A stretch of 64,000 nucleotides of DNA from Nemertoderma westbladi (lineage: Eukaryota; Animalia; Xenacoelomorpha), in the NCBI GenBank assembly GCA_032718475.1, contig JAUCBJ010003414.1, positions 1,667 to 65,666 of the forward strand. Reading direction: 5' to 3'. The first letter of the stretch is position 1; each line of letters starts with the position of its first letter. Below are positions 63,639 to 64,000 of the stretch, in pieces. The notes below the pieces were generated by a model, which saw only the letters and a list, made by a program, of their open reading frames with translations, was not told where the DNA came from and searched no databases. Position numbers and translations under genes: made by a program.

Positions 63639-64000
63639 ATATGGCCCCATCCACTGCCTGCCAGTAGGTATCTACTGCCAGTAGGTACCACGCTGTTGAA
63701 AGAGCATAGTCAACCCGAGTGACAACCAAATCAAGAAAGGACAAGCGCACCCCCCCCCCCCCCCCCCCCCCTCTCTCTCTCTCTCTTTCTCCGTCTCAAG
63801 GGTAAACCTAAGATTCGGATGGAGGTAATTCTAATGAGGGGCTTTGCACAGGGGACGAAGCTCGTTCTACCGGTATTTCCAGGTCTACCTTTTACCTGAG
63901 CCGTTAGCTGAATGGTTAGAATGTCAGACTTCCAACCCGGAGTTCACCAGGTCCATCCCACACCTACCTGGACGTCATTGCCGACTTTGCAAAGCTGTTT

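Noticed and set aside
63898-63960. tRNA-derived SINE head at the window end
   Set aside because: An A-box-like sequence is present, but the B box is degenerate and the body runs off the window, so it cannot be supported.

Overview
This is AT-rich animal (probably marine invertebrate) genomic DNA, almost entirely nested transposable elements. Host remnants are four phase-1 calcium-binding EGF exons (80-2570, minus) and a laminin-G/ConA-like terminal exon (15536-16206) with a decayed paralog. There are three BEL/Pao LTR retrotransposon families: A (copies 3473-14644 minus and 23929-58676 plus, LTRs about 2 kb), B (45638-58666, LTRs 1.2 kb) and a gag-only fragment C. Target-site duplications resolve a Russian-doll stack: gag C > LINE > A2 > (IS3EU-like transposon > two LINEs) and (B > RTE LINE). 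The most interesting signal is that A and B look like 'complex' BEL/Pao elements. Each has a non-env accessory coding region after integrase (triple CCHC knuckle and basic tail in A), splice and promoter signals, an internal copy of the PPT and no canonical PBS. Family A also has a 20-nt hairpin, GGAAGGCTYGCGAGCCTACC, at 10 distinct positions, always sense-oriented, in all three reading frames and in non-coding DNA. Everything was read by eye; no database searches were run and some boundaries are approximate.
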